A stretch of DNA of 62,425 nt from a virus (taxonomy: Duplodnaviria; Caudoviricetes): positions 1 to 62,425 of IMG/VR virus record IMGVR_UViG_3300000208_000001. One strand, written 5' to 3'. Of the stretch, positions 47,100 through 56,787 are shown piece by piece. The notes under the pieces are model-generated. The model made no database searches. It saw only the letters and a program-made list of their open reading frames with translations, and was not told the DNA's origin. The translations under genes were made by a program, and so were the position numbers. The first letter of the stretch is position 1. Every line of letters begins with the position of its first letter.

Positions 47100-49015
47100 G
47101 GTTCCCGGATTTCTGCTGGATCGATGTTGCGCTTGGCGGCGCGAGCAAGCGCAACAACCTGACGGACATTCGCAAGTTCAAACTTCCCGCGGACGATACG
47201 CCCGACTGCTACCGGACGGTGTTTCGATACCCCGACGAGTTTGCGGAGTACTTCCGGCAAAATGGCGGGACGGTGAAGGGGTACAAGGGGCCTGTCTACG
47301 CAGACTTTTTCCCCATCGACGTAGACGATGCCGAAGACGTTGGCAGAAGCCTCGCACAAGCCCGCGAAGTTCTAAACGTCCTGCGCGAGCGGTACGATCT
47401 CGAACTCGCCCACGTGCGGTGCTTCTTCTCGGGTGCCAAGGGTTTTCACATCATGATCCCTGATTCCGTGTTCGGATGGGAGCCGTGCATCGAGATGCCC
47501 GACGTGTTCAAAGCGATGGTGCAGGAGATGGTTGGGGATCTCGTCCGAGTGGACACGTCTGTCTATGATCGGGTGAGACTGTTCAGGCTCTCGAACACGA
47601 TCAACTCGAAGTCGGGGCTGTACAAGATCCCGCTTGAGCCGTCAGAACTGCTGCAGATGTCGATTGAAGAGATTCTTGAGCTTGCCAAACATCCGAGGGC
47701 TGTCGTTATTACCGAGGAGCCGGAACTCAACGGCGCCCTTGCTCGGTTGTATCGAAGCACCCTCGAAGCCGTGCGGAGTAAGCGAGTGGCGCGTCTGGAG
47801 CGCAAGGGAGCGCTTGGGGCTGAAGTGCCAAAGGACCAAAAACTCTGCTACCTGACGCTTTCCCGTGGGATTGGCGAGGGAGCGCGAAACGAAGCAGGGC
47901 TTAGACTCGCTACACACTGGCGCAAGATGGGCTTCGACGAGGACATGGTGAGCCAGATGATGCTGGCTTGGAACGCTCGCAACAACCCGCCAATGGACGA
48001 GAACGAGGTTATGAAGATCGTTCATCAGGCTTTTTCCAGCGACTACGACTACGGCTGCTGGGATCATCTGCTTGATGCCGTGTGTGATCAACGCTGCTAC
48101 CTGTGGAGGGCAAAACAAAAGCTTCCCAAGACAGAAGGGCGAGTGTCGGTCGACAGGATCTACTCGATGGCCGAGGCGGCTCAGAAGTACGTCGAGTATG
48201 CGTCCAAGATCGAGACGGCGCTCATCAAGACAGGTTTTGACAAGCTGGACAAGCAGCTCCGTGGCATCGCCCCAGGCGAGGTCATGGAGATCATGGCCCG
48301 ATCTGGCGTGGGGAAGACGGCACTTCTCATCAACATCATCCGCTCGGTGGCCGTGAACCAGAAGGTGCCTATTCTGTTTTTCTCGCTCGAACAGCCGGTG
48401 GTTCAGATTTGGGAGCGGGCGGCACAGATTTCGTCCGGGCGAAGTGGAGTTGAGATCGAGCAGTGGGTGCGCTCGGGAGGAGAGAGTGCGGCTGAGATCA
48501 TTCAAACCGTGAACCGGCAGTTTCCGGGTGTGTACATCGTTGAGGAGGACTTTCTCACCTATGAGGAGCTTGTTAAGTTCATTCATCTTGCGACGGAGCA
48601 GAAGATCGGCAAGAAACCGGGACTCGTGGCGATTGACTACCTGGGACGGATGCAGGGGAACGCTCGAAGCGCCTACGAGATCACAAGCCAACTCGCCAAG
48701 CAGATGAAGCACCTCGCAAAAGAGATGGACTTGCCCCTGATCTACCTGCACCAGACGAGCCGGGCGGGAAAGGACGGGAGCGAGGAGATCACGCTCGACA
48801 TGGGGCGCGACAGCGGTGTGACCGAAGAAGCGGCGGACTTTGTGATCGCCTTGTGGAGGCCGGATATGAAGAATCCGGGGCAAGCGGCTCAAAAGGACAC
48901 GGAAACGCTGATGCTTCGAGTTCTCAAGAACCGGAAAGGTCCGGTCGGAGAGTACAAACTGACATTTGCTAAGAAGCAGCTATGGATCGGAGATCGCAAC
49001 CTCGCGGCAGTCTGA
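47096..49015 (+). CDS. AEP primase-polymerase / PriCT / DnaB-like helicase fusion
   Basis: IDVD, FSGAKGFH, EGARNE, ARSGVGKT, FSLE, IDYL, KNRKGP. Confidence 0.88.
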   Translation: MRFPDFCWIDVALGGASKRNNLTDIRKFKLPADDTPDCYRTVFRYPDEFAEYFRQNGGTVKGYKGPVYADFFPIDVDDAEDVGRSLAQAREVLNVLRERYDLELAHVRCFFSGAKGFHIMIPDSVFGWEPCIEMPDVFKAMVQEMVGDLVRVDTSVYDRVRLFRLSNTINSKSGLYKIPLEPSELLQMSIEEILELAKHPRAVVITEEPELNGALARLYRSTLEAVRSKRVARLERKGALGAEVPKDQKLCYLTLSRGIGEGARNEAGLRLATHWRKMGFDEDMVSQMMLAWNARNNPPMDENEVMKIVHQAFSSDYDYGCWDHLLDAVCDQRCYLWRAKQKLPKTEGRVSVDRIYSMAEAAQKYVEYASKIETALIKTGFDKLDKQLRGIAPGEVMEIMARSGVGKTALLINIIRSVAVNQKVPILFFSLEQPVVQIWERAAQISSGRSGVEIEQWVRSGGESAAEIIQTVNRQFPGVYIVEEDFLTYEELVKFIHLATEQKIGKKPGLVAIDYLGRMQGNARSAYEITSQLAKQMKHLAKEMDLPLIYLHQTSRAGKDGSEEITLDMGRDSGVTEEAADFVIALWRPDMKNPGQAAQKDTETLMLRVLKNRKGPVGEYKLTFAKKQLWIGDRNLAAV

Positions 49016-49030
49016 GAGGAGGACCTCAAA

Positions 49031-49378
49031 GTGTCGCTCGATCCGACCCGAACCAAACACGGCATCCTGCCGATAACCGGGCGCTGCTACAACTGCGGCG
49101 TTCGTCTGCGCTACACGGGCGAGGGTGCGAAGGATCGTAAGTATTACTGCAGCGTGGACTGTATGCGTCGCCGCCCGCCAAAGATGGTGCTGGCAGAAAT
49201 GGCGTGGGGCGAGAGTTTCGAGTCGCTGGCGCTGCGCCACCTGAACGCCGGCGGGAGTGTCCAGGCGCTTGCCGATATGTGCGGTGTACACAAGCAGGCG
49301 GTCTTACAGTGGCTCAGGGTGCGAGGGATCGAGAGGCATGTGATGTGGCGTAAGCGTGGAGAGGAAGCCACAGCATGA
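49031..49378 (+). CDS. Zn-finger plus HTH protein
   Basis: CYNC...YCSVDC; C-terminal HTH. Confidence 0.6.
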   Translation: MSLDPTRTKHGILPITGRCYNCGVRLRYTGEGAKDRKYYCSVDCMRRRPPKMVLAEMAWGESFESLALRHLNAGGSVQALADMCGVHKQAVLQWLRVRGIERHVMWRKRGEEATA

Positions 49379-49692
49379 CGCAGAGCGAGAGGAGGCTGAT
49401 GAGCGTGGGTGAGTTGACACCGGATCGGTTGCGGGAGTTGCGGCGGATCGCGGAGGCAGGCCCCGCGGGCGACTGGGACATGATCGAACTGGAGCACAGC
49501 ACAGTCCTGGCGATGCTGGACGAGATCGAGCGGCTGCGCGAGATGCTGTTTCGGCTTTACCAAGACACTGTGTCGGGTGCGTATTGCCATCGGTGCAGCC
49601 TTTCGGCGGGCGATCACGACGAGACGTGTGCGATGGCTGAGGTAGAGGCGCTGTTGGGGCTGGAGTTTGAGAGGGGCGTTCGCGATGAGTGA
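49375..49692 (+). CDS. Hypothetical phage protein
   Basis: VLAMLDEIERLR motif; coupled start. Confidence 0.55.
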   Translation: MTQSERRLMSVGELTPDRLRELRRIAEAGPAGDWDMIELEHSTVLAMLDEIERLREMLFRLYQDTVSGAYCHRCSLSAGDHDETCAMAEVEALLGLEFERGVRDE

Positions 49693-50059
49693 GAGGATTA
49701 CGCTTGTCAACCCCTACGTGGTCTACGAATGTCCCGACTGCGGGGTGAGGGTGGCGACGGATTCGCCCGATTCGGTGCCGGATTGTCCGGATTGCGGTCT
49801 TCTCGGTGTGGCCCTAGAGTTTGTGGGCCTTGGAGAGTTCATCTCAGCCGAGTCTAAGGCGGAGATCGAGCGCCTGCGGCGGGAGCGGGAGATGCTGGCG
49901 GCTGGCCTGATCGACTCCGAAGAGTGTGTGAAGGTGCTCCTGGACCTGTTCCCGGATGACGTGCGACCCGGAGTTGCGGGCGTGGTTGACAGGATGGGAA
50001 GAAGGCGTCGGACCGCCCTCGCCCTCCTCGACGGCGAGAAGGACGGTGTCGTGGAATGA
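49685..50059 (+). CDS. Hypothetical Zn-ribbon protein
   Basis: CPDC twice. Confidence 0.55.
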   Translation: MSERITLVNPYVVYECPDCGVRVATDSPDSVPDCPDCGLLGVALEFVGLGEFISAESKAEIERLRREREMLAAGLIDSEECVKVLLDLFPDDVRPGVAGVVDRMGRRRRTALALLDGEKDGVVE

Positions 50060-50289
50060 TTCGGCAAGCCCCCGGAAGTAAGGGTCAGGTTCCCGGTTGT
50101 TGCACGAGACCTGCGCTGCGGAGGGCCTGGGTTCCTTGTTGGCCGTTTGAGGCGGCATGGTGCGAAAACTGCGGAGACGTGATGTCGCTCTGGGGCTGGT
50201 TCAGGAATCTTTTGTGGACGCTGTTCGTATGGCCGGTTTGGAATGGGACTATTCGGGTTGAGAAATCGAAAGGCGGTGGCGGGGCGTGA
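50056..50289 (+). CDS. Hypothetical protein
   Basis: Coupled ATGA start. Confidence 0.45.
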   Translation: MIRQAPGSKGQVPGCCTRPALRRAWVPCWPFEAAWCENCGDVMSLWGWFRNLLWTLFVWPVWNGTIRVEKSKGGGGA

Positions 50290-50436
50290 GTGAGGGCCGT
50301 TGGCACGCTGTGTTAGTCCTGATTGCCTTGTGGTTTTGGACATACGCGACCGGTTGGCGGCCAGAGCCGACCAGTTATCTAACGGGGGCAGCATTGGTTG
50401 CGGTGATGGGCGTTTTCGAGAAGTGGAGGGGCGGAT

Positions 50437-50790
50437 GTGACGATGAGTGACGACCTGCGCTCGTGGCTGGAGGCTCGCAAACGCGCCGCCGAGGTGCCGC
50501 ACCGCCACGGGCTGACGCTCGCGGAGGCTGAGGCTGTGAGGCGGCGGGAACGGGAGTACATCGGCGTGATTGAGAGTTTGGCAGGCGAGTTGCGCCATGC
50601 GGTCGCTCGCAACGTGATCCCGAGCGAGGCCCTATGCGCCTGCCGATACCACCGCGATTGGACCGATGACGACCGGTGCGTTGATTGCGGCAGACCGATC
50701 GGCGACACGGTGCGACTGGCATCGGAGGACATCGAAAGAGCGTCAAAGAGGGGGCGAGGATTAGATGACGACCGGGCGATTTGGGGATGA
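50437..50790 (+). CDS. Hypothetical protein
   Basis: RBS; CxxC. Confidence 0.5.
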   Translation: MTMSDDLRSWLEARKRAAEVPHRHGLTLAEAEAVRRREREYIGVIESLAGELRHAVARNVIPSEALCACRYHRDWTDDDRCVDCGRPIGDTVRLASEDIERASKRGRGLDDDRAIWG

Positions 50791-51421
50791 CGAGCTGATC
50801 CCCAGCGAGGCCATCACGGCCGGGGCGATTCGGCAGAGCATCGGGGAGAAACAGTGCCCATTCTGCGGGGCGCCGTTCCGACGTCGTATGCGAGGCTTGG
50901 ACTACTACACGTGCGGAACGGCACGGAACGTCAGCGGGGCGAGCCCTTCGAAACGGTGTTTGCGGGCCAGCTACGCTCAAGCCCGAGAGCGTCTGCGCGC
51001 CGCCCTTGCGCGGGAGGCGAGGTTTCGGCGGGTGTTGGAGCAGGTAGAGTGGGAACAAAGCCCTGCGAATTGCCCCATTTGCGATGGGTACAAGTCTCAT
51101 GGCCACACCCCTGACTGCGAACTCGCCGCCGCCCTCTCCTCCGCGCAGGCGAACCCGTATGCGGCGGTGGTGGAGGCGGCGTGGGATGTGTGGCTCCAAA
51201 GGGCCGACAGTGGCGAATGGGGCCGCGTGGTCACGTCAGAGAAGGCGATGGAGAGGCTCGGCGAGGCACTCGCGCAACTTAAGGCCCCTCTGAGCCATTC
51301 TGAGGCCCCTCAGAGCCGCGCACACCCCGGCATGGGTGATACGACCTGTGGCGAGGGGGCGGCTCCTCCTGCGGCCCAGGAGAGGCCAGAACGGGCGTTT
51401 GGGGGGGAGGGGCGGGAGTGA
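50765..51421 (+). CDS. Hypothetical Zn-binding protein
   Basis: CPFC, CPIC...GHTPDC. Confidence 0.5.
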   Translation: MTTGRFGDDELIPSEAITAGAIRQSIGEKQCPFCGAPFRRRMRGLDYYTCGTARNVSGASPSKRCLRASYAQARERLRAALAREARFRRVLEQVEWEQSPANCPICDGYKSHGHTPDCELAAALSSAQANPYAAVVEAAWDVWLQRADSGEWGRVVTSEKAMERLGEALAQLKAPLSHSEAPQSRAHPGMGDTTCGEGAAPPAAQERPERAFGGEGRE

Positions 51422-51584
51422 AGCGCGAGTGGTGGTTGATGCGTCAAACGCCCGGCTCCGACAGCCCGATGTTCGACACGGTGATCGCCACCTATCGCTG
51501 GCGCTGGCAAGCGCGGTGGGCGTTGAGACGAGCGGTGCGACGAGGCGGGAGTGGGTACTACGTCGCTGAAATGGAGGTGCGGGA

Positions 51585-51785
51585 GTGATTATGTTTCTCT
51601 TGGTGGTCGGCGTCGCGAATCTGGTCGGCCTCATTCTCACTCTTCGCCTCCTTGTGAACATCGGGCACAACGTTGCGGTACTGGACCGTTACCTGCGCCG
51701 TCAGGGTATTAGGATGTGCTACCGGGACGCAGAGGACTTGAAGAGGGAGTTTGGCCGGAAGGAGGGATCGCGGTGCGCTTCGTGA
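51585..51785 (+). CDS. Small membrane protein
   Basis: Hydrophobic N-terminus; RBS. Confidence 0.45.
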   Translation: MIMFLLVVGVANLVGLILTLRLLVNIGHNVAVLDRYLRRQGIRMCYRDAEDLKREFGRKEGSRCAS

Positions 51786-51898
51786 TTCCCGGTCGCCCTC
51801 ACGGCAAGCGCCGCCCCCGCGTGGCCCTGCGCCGCGGCAAGCGCGTCGTCACGTACACGCCGAGAGAGACACGAGAGTATGAGGAGGTGGCGCAATGA
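51773..51898 (+). pseudogene. rusA 5' remnant
   Basis: VRFVIPGRPHGKRRPRV...YTPRETREYE, then truncated. Confidence 0.65.
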
Positions 51899-52677
51899 AT
51901 GCGTCTATAGGTTCCTGCAAGATGGGTTCAGACATAGATAAGGGTTTGGCCCTTTTTCGTGTATTGTGTCCTCATTCCGAACTCATGAACTGCTTGGTGG
52001 TGGAAGGTGAACCTCCGTCAAAGGCGAGACCAAGGTTTTCGAGCCGCGGACGGGTTTACACTCCTAAGAAGCAGGTGGAAGCGGAAAGATACCTTTCCTG
52101 GCGATTGAAGCAAGCGTTTAAGGAGCCTCTTGAGGGCAACATTGCAGTCGGTTGCGTTTTCTACCGTAGCACCCATCAACGAATTGATGTCGACAACATG
52201 ATGAAACACGTCTTGGATGCGGCAAATGGAGTGTGTTGGATAGACGACTCTCAAGTCACCGCAATCTTAGGTACCATCGAGTTTGACCCGGATCACCCGC
52301 GGACAATCATCATGATTGGTCGGCACGATAGCAGCATGGTTCGGGAAGGCCGTCGCGAAGCGTTATGTGCTTACTGCGGAAAGCCGTTCGACCCTCGCCT
52401 GAGACGAGGGGATCCAAGACGTTCAAAGTTTTGCTCCAGAGTCTGCGCATCCAGAAGCCGCGGAGAAGACTTGAGGCAAACTGTGCCTTGTGCTTACTGC
52501 GGAAGACATTTTCGAAGGCGTACGGCTGGACAACGGCTTTGCTCTGAAGAGTGCCGACGGGCGAACTTGCGGCGGAGCAGAGAAAAACCTCCAGCGCTAT
52601 GTTCGGATTGCGGAAAACCATTGAGCAAACGAGGTTACAAGAGATGTCGAGAATGCTGGCTACAGATTCACAAATAG
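51895..52677 (+). CDS. rusA: RusA Holliday-junction resolvase fused to tandem Zn fingers
   Basis: GEPPSKARPR, DVDNMMK..LDAANG..WIDDSQV; CAYC...CS..C repeats. Confidence 0.85.
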   Translation: MNASIGSCKMGSDIDKGLALFRVLCPHSELMNCLVVEGEPPSKARPRFSSRGRVYTPKKQVEAERYLSWRLKQAFKEPLEGNIAVGCVFYRSTHQRIDVDNMMKHVLDAANGVCWIDDSQVTAILGTIEFDPDHPRTIIMIGRHDSSMVREGRREALCAYCGKPFDPRLRRGDPRRSKFCSRVCASRSRGEDLRQTVPCAYCGRHFRRRTAGQRLCSEECRRANLRRSREKPPALCSDCGKPLSKRGYKRCRECWLQIHK

Positions 52678-52686
52678 GGACCCCGA

Positions 52687-52776
52687 CAGGTCGTGGCGCT
52701 GCATGTGTATGCAATTACGGGTACGCCGGAGCGGGTAGAGGTCGAGATCACCGAGGCGAGGAGTGAGAGCGCGTGA
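52687..52776 (+). pseudogene. rusA 3' remnant
   Basis: QVVALHVYAITGTPERVEVEITE resembles a RusA C-terminus. Confidence 0.55.
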
Positions 52777-52937
52777 GGGTGTTTCTCAGCAACACTGTGT
52801 GCCGCCTATTTGGTCATTGGGGAGTCGTTATCCTGGCGCCGCTTGCGATCCGAAACCGACTCTACAGGTGCAGGCTCTGCGGGCTGGTCTATTGGGATTC
52901 GGACAAGCCGATCCCGAGAGAGGAGGCAGCGGGTTAG

Positions 52938-53180
52938 ATGACGTGGTTCGACGCAGCCGCTATCTGGCTCATGAAAGCAAGCGGTGTGATGGTTCTCGGC
53001 TTGGTTTTTGTATGGGTTGCATGGCAATTTACGAGGCACATCGGGGCTTTGTTCAAAGTCTGGACCAGGATGTTGGTCTGGTACTTATATCGGACACGTT
53101 GCACATGCGATGCTAGCGACCCAGTGAAGCGCGGGTTGAGAGAACGGAAGCCGAAACGGTTGATTTCGTGGCTCATATGA
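52938..53180 (+). CDS. Small membrane protein
   Basis: Hydrophobic segment; RBS. Confidence 0.45.
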   Translation: MTWFDAAAIWLMKASGVMVLGLVFVWVAWQFTRHIGALFKVWTRMLVWYLYRTRCTCDASDPVKRGLRERKPKRLISWLI

Positions 53181-53360
53181 GGAGTGAGAGCGCATGACGA
53201 TCATGATCGAGATCCAGCGAGGATGCGGCTGGGGATTCGACTGGTGGCAGTACGTGCGCGGCTTCCGCCTCGGATGGGTCTCTGTGCATTGGGTGAGGGC
53301 CGACGGGTACGAGCTCGCCGAGATGATCGTGAGGGCGAAGGCGAAGGAGGCGGCTGTGTG

Positions 53361-53630
53361 ATGAAGATCAAGGACGTGACGTACAAGAACGACGGCAAAG
53401 TCGAGACGAGGTTGCGGTTTGGGGACAACCTGGCATTGGTCGTTTCGGCTCCGGTGCGAGTCGCCATTGAGGGGGACACATCGGGGCTTGACGAGGAAAA
53501 GTTGAACAAACTGTGCCGGGAACTGGAACAGGGAATTGCGCGCGAGCTCGACTTCCGCCTCTTGGAATTGTGCGTCAAGATAATCCGAGCCGCGGGAGCA
53601 ATCGCAGAGGCGAAGGAGGAGAGCGCGTGA
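53361..53630 (+). CDS. Hypothetical protein
   Basis: AGGAGG RBS. Confidence 0.5.
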   Translation: MKIKDVTYKNDGKVETRLRFGDNLALVVSAPVRVAIEGDTSGLDEEKLNKLCRELEQGIARELDFRLLELCVKIIRAAGAIAEAKEESA

Positions 53631-53757
53631 CATTCCTACTCGGCGCATGGGTCGGCTGCATCGTGGGCGTGCTGGTCGTTGCGCTGTGTCATGCGGCGGG
53701 GATAGCGGATGACGCGGCGCATCAGGCACTATACCTGACACGAAAGGAGGTCAAGCA

Positions 53758-54024
53758 ATGAGCATGACGCGCACCTGCGCGCTGTGCGAGCGCGAGCTCG
53801 CGCCGACTGCGCCCGGAACTGCCCGCTTTTGCCGAGCCTGCGGCTGGCACTGGAAACGCGCACTCCGAGCGTGCGAGGAGAGCGTAACGGAGTATCCACT
53901 GTACCAGGTGGCGATGCGGGCGCGCTATGGTCCGGGCCCGTGGCGACCGGGCAAGATTCGGCCCGAGCATCGCTGGCGGGTGTGGTCGGAACAGCAGAGG
54001 ATGGAGGAGGCGCAGGCGTCGTGA
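53758..54024 (+). CDS. Zn-finger protein
   Basis: CALC...CRAC; RBS. Confidence 0.5.
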   Translation: MSMTRTCALCERELAPTAPGTARFCRACGWHWKRALRACEESVTEYPLYQVAMRARYGPGPWRPGKIRPEHRWRVWSEQQRMEEAQAS

Positions 54025-54536
54025 GCCAGTCGGAGGAGTGGATTACGATCTACGAGGCGGCCCGGCGCTATCCAGTTGCGGAGAACACCCTGTACTTGCG
54101 GGTGAAGCGGGGCTGGATGGAATTCAAGACGGTGCGGCGCCCGAGTCCACTTGGCGTCGTCCGGGAGGTTTGGGTCGTTCGGGCACGCGACGTAGAGCAG
54201 TACCTCCGCGACCGCGCGGAAGGCCGGATTACGTCGCGGCCCAAGACACCGCCGCAGCCGTTCGTTTTGGGGATCTCGAAGGAGGAGCGTAGGATCCCTC
54301 CGCACTTATTGCCCGCCTTCCACCTCTACGTTCGGGCCGTCGCCGCAGGGGTCGACCTGGGGATCGGCGCCGGATCGAACGCTGGCGGCACCCTTATTGC
54401 ACGGGCTGCCGAGCGTATCACGCTCGTGGAGACGGAGGCCGAGGCGGAGGCGCGGATGATCGCCCAGCAATCGGCGGCGGGTACGGTCGAGTACGACGCG
54501 GCGAGAGGCATTTGGGCACAGAGGAGGGCGGTATGA
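54021..54536 (+). CDS. Excisionase-like HTH protein
   Basis: WITIYEAARRYPVAENTLY..VKRG. Confidence 0.55.
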   Translation: MSQSEEWITIYEAARRYPVAENTLYLRVKRGWMEFKTVRRPSPLGVVREVWVVRARDVEQYLRDRAEGRITSRPKTPPQPFVLGISKEERRIPPHLLPAFHLYVRAVAAGVDLGIGAGSNAGGTLIARAAERITLVETEAEAEARMIAQQSAAGTVEYDAARGIWAQRRAV

Positions 54537-54838
54537 GGATGGACGAGCAGGTGAGAGAGTCGCTGCGTCGGCTGGCGGCGGAGTGCCACGAGTTGGCGGT
54601 GGCGCGTGGGAAGTATCCGTCCGTATGGACGCCGATTCACGGTTGCGTCGCCATCGAGCGAGAGGTGGAGGAGTGGTGGCGGGAGGCTGGTGACGACCCG
54701 GAGCGAGAGGCCCAGGAGATGGGCGACGTGATCGCGACCGTCCTCTCCATCGCCCACCATCGGGGGATCGACCCCGCGGCGGCGTTGGAGGGCGCGATTC
54801 GGCGGAATCGGGAGCGGGCGGGGAGGGGTGATGCGTGA
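54533..54838 (+). CDS. MazG-like nucleotide pyrophosphohydrolase
   Basis: EVEE...EMGDVI...GIDPAAAL...NRER. Confidence 0.65.
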   Translation: MRMDEQVRESLRRLAAECHELAVARGKYPSVWTPIHGCVAIEREVEEWWREAGDDPEREAQEMGDVIATVLSIAHHRGIDPAAALEGAIRRNRERAGRGDA

Positions 54839-55245
54839 TGACGCGTGACGACGTGATGCGGTTGATCGGGCGGGAGCTTGACGCGGCGGTGGCGGCGATG
54901 GTGTTCGGGCTCAGGGTTGTCGAGTGCGATCCAGTTGACGGCCGATATGGCCCGTACACTGCGCGAGAGGAGCACTGGACGCGAGTCAACGGCGAGACGT
55001 ACCCTCTGCTTGATCTCTTGCCTGAGTACAGCACCGACATCGCCGCGGCGTGGGAGGTCGTGCAGCACCTCGCGACGCCTGACGAAGCCCTCACGATCAC
55101 CTACGCCAAGGGCACGTGGGTCGTCGCCGTCGGCAGCGTCGAGGTGTCGGCGACGAGTGAGAGTGCGCCCGAGTCTATATGCCGCGCGGCGTTGTTGGCG
55201 GCGCTCAAACGTTCTGAGGCGAAAAACGGAGGTGGCGAGGCGTGA
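54835..55245 (+). CDS. Phage ABA-sandwich (BC1872-like) protein
   Basis: GRELDAAVA...YSTDIAAAWEVV...APESICRAAL. Confidence 0.75.
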   Translation: MMTRDDVMRLIGRELDAAVAAMVFGLRVVECDPVDGRYGPYTAREEHWTRVNGETYPLLDLLPEYSTDIAAAWEVVQHLATPDEALTITYAKGTWVVAVGSVEVSATSESAPESICRAALLAALKRSEAKNGGGEA

Positions 55246-55454
55246 GCGTGCAGATCGGCGACCGCGTGGAGGTAGTCGTGCATCTGGCAGCGATGGGCAA
55301 GCGCACGGACAGGCGCGATGTGCGGACGACACGCCAGCGCATGCGCGGCCGCGTCATGTGGACAGGCCCGCGGTTTGCGACGGTGGAGTTGGACGCGGGC
55401 TATCGGGAGACGTTTGGGTACGAAGAGTTGAGGGTCGTCAGGAGAGCGATTTAG
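55242..55454 (+). CDS. Small SH3-like protein
   Basis: IGDRVEV...GYRETF. Confidence 0.5.
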   Translation: MSVQIGDRVEVVVHLAAMGKRTDRRDVRTTRQRMRGRVMWTGPRFATVELDAGYRETFGYEELRVVRRAI

Positions 55455-55489
55455 GAGGCGTACCCGTGGCGAACGACCGAGAGACGCAA

Positions 55490-55624
55490 ATGTCCAAGCA
55501 GGAAGCCCTAAAACGCGTCGCCCACGCCCTGGACACAATTCGCTACGGCGAGATCGTCATAAGGGTTCACGATGGACGTGTGATGTACGTCGATAAGATG
55601 GAGCGCGAACGAATACAAAACTGA
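55490..55624 (+). CDS. YezD/DUF2292 family protein
   Basis: LDTIRYGEIVIRVHDGRVMYVDKMERER. Confidence 0.75.
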   Translation: MSKQEALKRVAHALDTIRYGEIVIRVHDGRVMYVDKMERERIQN

Positions 55625-55662
55625 AAACCATCACGATTGATCAAGGCCGACCGAAAAAACGG

Positions 55663-55710
55663 AGGCCGGTTCAAGGTTCGATGTATGTCGAGCCTTGTGC
55701 CGGCCTTTTT
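55663..55710 (+). terminator. Terminator overlapped by an upstream hairpin
   Basis: AGGCCGG..CAAGGTTCGA/TCGAGCCTTG..CCGGCCT followed by TTTT. Confidence 0.65.
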
Positions 55711-55726
55711 CATTCCCCGGGGAGGT

Positions 55727-56086
55727 ATGAGCATGGCACGGATCATGGAACGAGCGCCGGAGCGTTGGAACACAAGTAGTCCGTGGACAGCCTTAGCTCT
55801 CGCGGTTGTGTTTCAAGCCAAGAAGGATGTTCGCTGCGGGGCCAAATTCGCGCGGACACTTCTTTCACGCCACGCGAGTGTTGAGGAAAAAAAGAGGGCG
55901 ATTTCGGGACTGACTTCGTGTCGAGCTGCCAGTGCCGCTGCGTTCTTCGAATCCCGTCTGTGGCGCATGATATGTGGTATGACGGATAGCGGCACGGTGA
56001 TGTTACCTGCGTCGATGGTCCGAGACATGAGAGCGATTAAGCACGCATTGCAGAGGATCGAACGAGACGAGCGAAAGGCGGGCTAG
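55727..56086 (+). CDS. Hypothetical phage protein
   Basis: LALAVVFQAKKD...FFES motif; RBS. Confidence 0.55.
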   Translation: MSMARIMERAPERWNTSSPWTALALAVVFQAKKDVRCGAKFARTLLSRHASVEEKKRAISGLTSCRAASAAAFFESRLWRMICGMTDSGTVMLPASMVRDMRAIKHALQRIERDERKAG

Positions 56087-56089
56087 ACG

Positions 56090-56638
56090 GTGCTCGATGT
56101 GGTTGAGAAACATGTCGCGATGTGGAAGAAAAGCCGGCTGAGTCCGCTATTGCGGGAACTCGCGGTGTCGGTGGTCCGCCGGGCGGCGCAAGGAATGGAT
56201 GACCGGCTCATCTGGATGTACCTCGATCACCGGATGCGCGGCCTCGATCCCGAAAGTGCCGAATGGAAAGCTGTTTTCAACACGAAGATGGCGCTGTTGC
56301 GCGCTGATTCTCGACTGAGCCAGGATGTGCGCCGGATTCGGGAGGAACTCGCGCGGATCGAACTGGAGCGGCAGGCGTCGGGGGACACTGTGCCGCCCCT
56401 GGAGAGGCAGGAAGCGCTGGCGAGGCAGGAAACAGTAGAAAATGGGGCTATGTGGGCTTGGAGGGATGAACTGCGCTACAAGAACAGCCTCATTCCACCG
56501 GGGGCGCGAGGAGGCCGTACCGGTCGCCGGAGGAAGAAGGAGCCGAAACGGGCGCAGATCAGGAGGGCCTACATCGACGCCGTGATGCGGCGGCATGATG
56601 AGGCGATGATGCGGAAGAAGGCGAAGGGGAGAGTTTAA
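56090..56638 (+). CDS. Hypothetical protein
   Basis: 182-aa ORF in operon. Confidence 0.5.
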   Translation: MLDVVEKHVAMWKKSRLSPLLRELAVSVVRRAAQGMDDRLIWMYLDHRMRGLDPESAEWKAVFNTKMALLRADSRLSQDVRRIREELARIELERQASGDTVPPLERQEALARQETVENGAMWAWRDELRYKNSLIPPGARGGRTGRRRKKEPKRAQIRRAYIDAVMRRHDEAMMRKKAKGRV

Positions 56639-56757
56639 TGCGGCAATCATTCGATGTGTTCTTGTGGGTCTTGTTCGCCGTTCTCGTGAGTCTCTCGGCG
56701 GCGCAATTCATCATGCTCGGCTTCTTCCTGTGCAAGCTATTGTTCGGGGAGGTGTAG
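56638..56757 (+). CDS. 39-aa membrane peptide
   Basis: TAATG coupling; hydrophobic. Confidence 0.4.
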   Translation: MRQSFDVFLWVLFAVLVSLSAAQFIMLGFFLCKLLFGEV

Positions 56758-56787
56758 AGAGGCGGACGCGGTAGTCCCGCCTCTCTA
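56755..56787. terminator. Hairpin between convergent transcription units
   Basis: TAGAGAGGCGG/CCGCCTCTCTA. Confidence 0.55.

Noticed and set aside
9714-48892. Long antisense ORFs (e.g. 9714-11012, 17685-18914, 27844-29607, 47642-48892)
   Set aside because: High-GC codon shadows of clear genes on the opposite strand.
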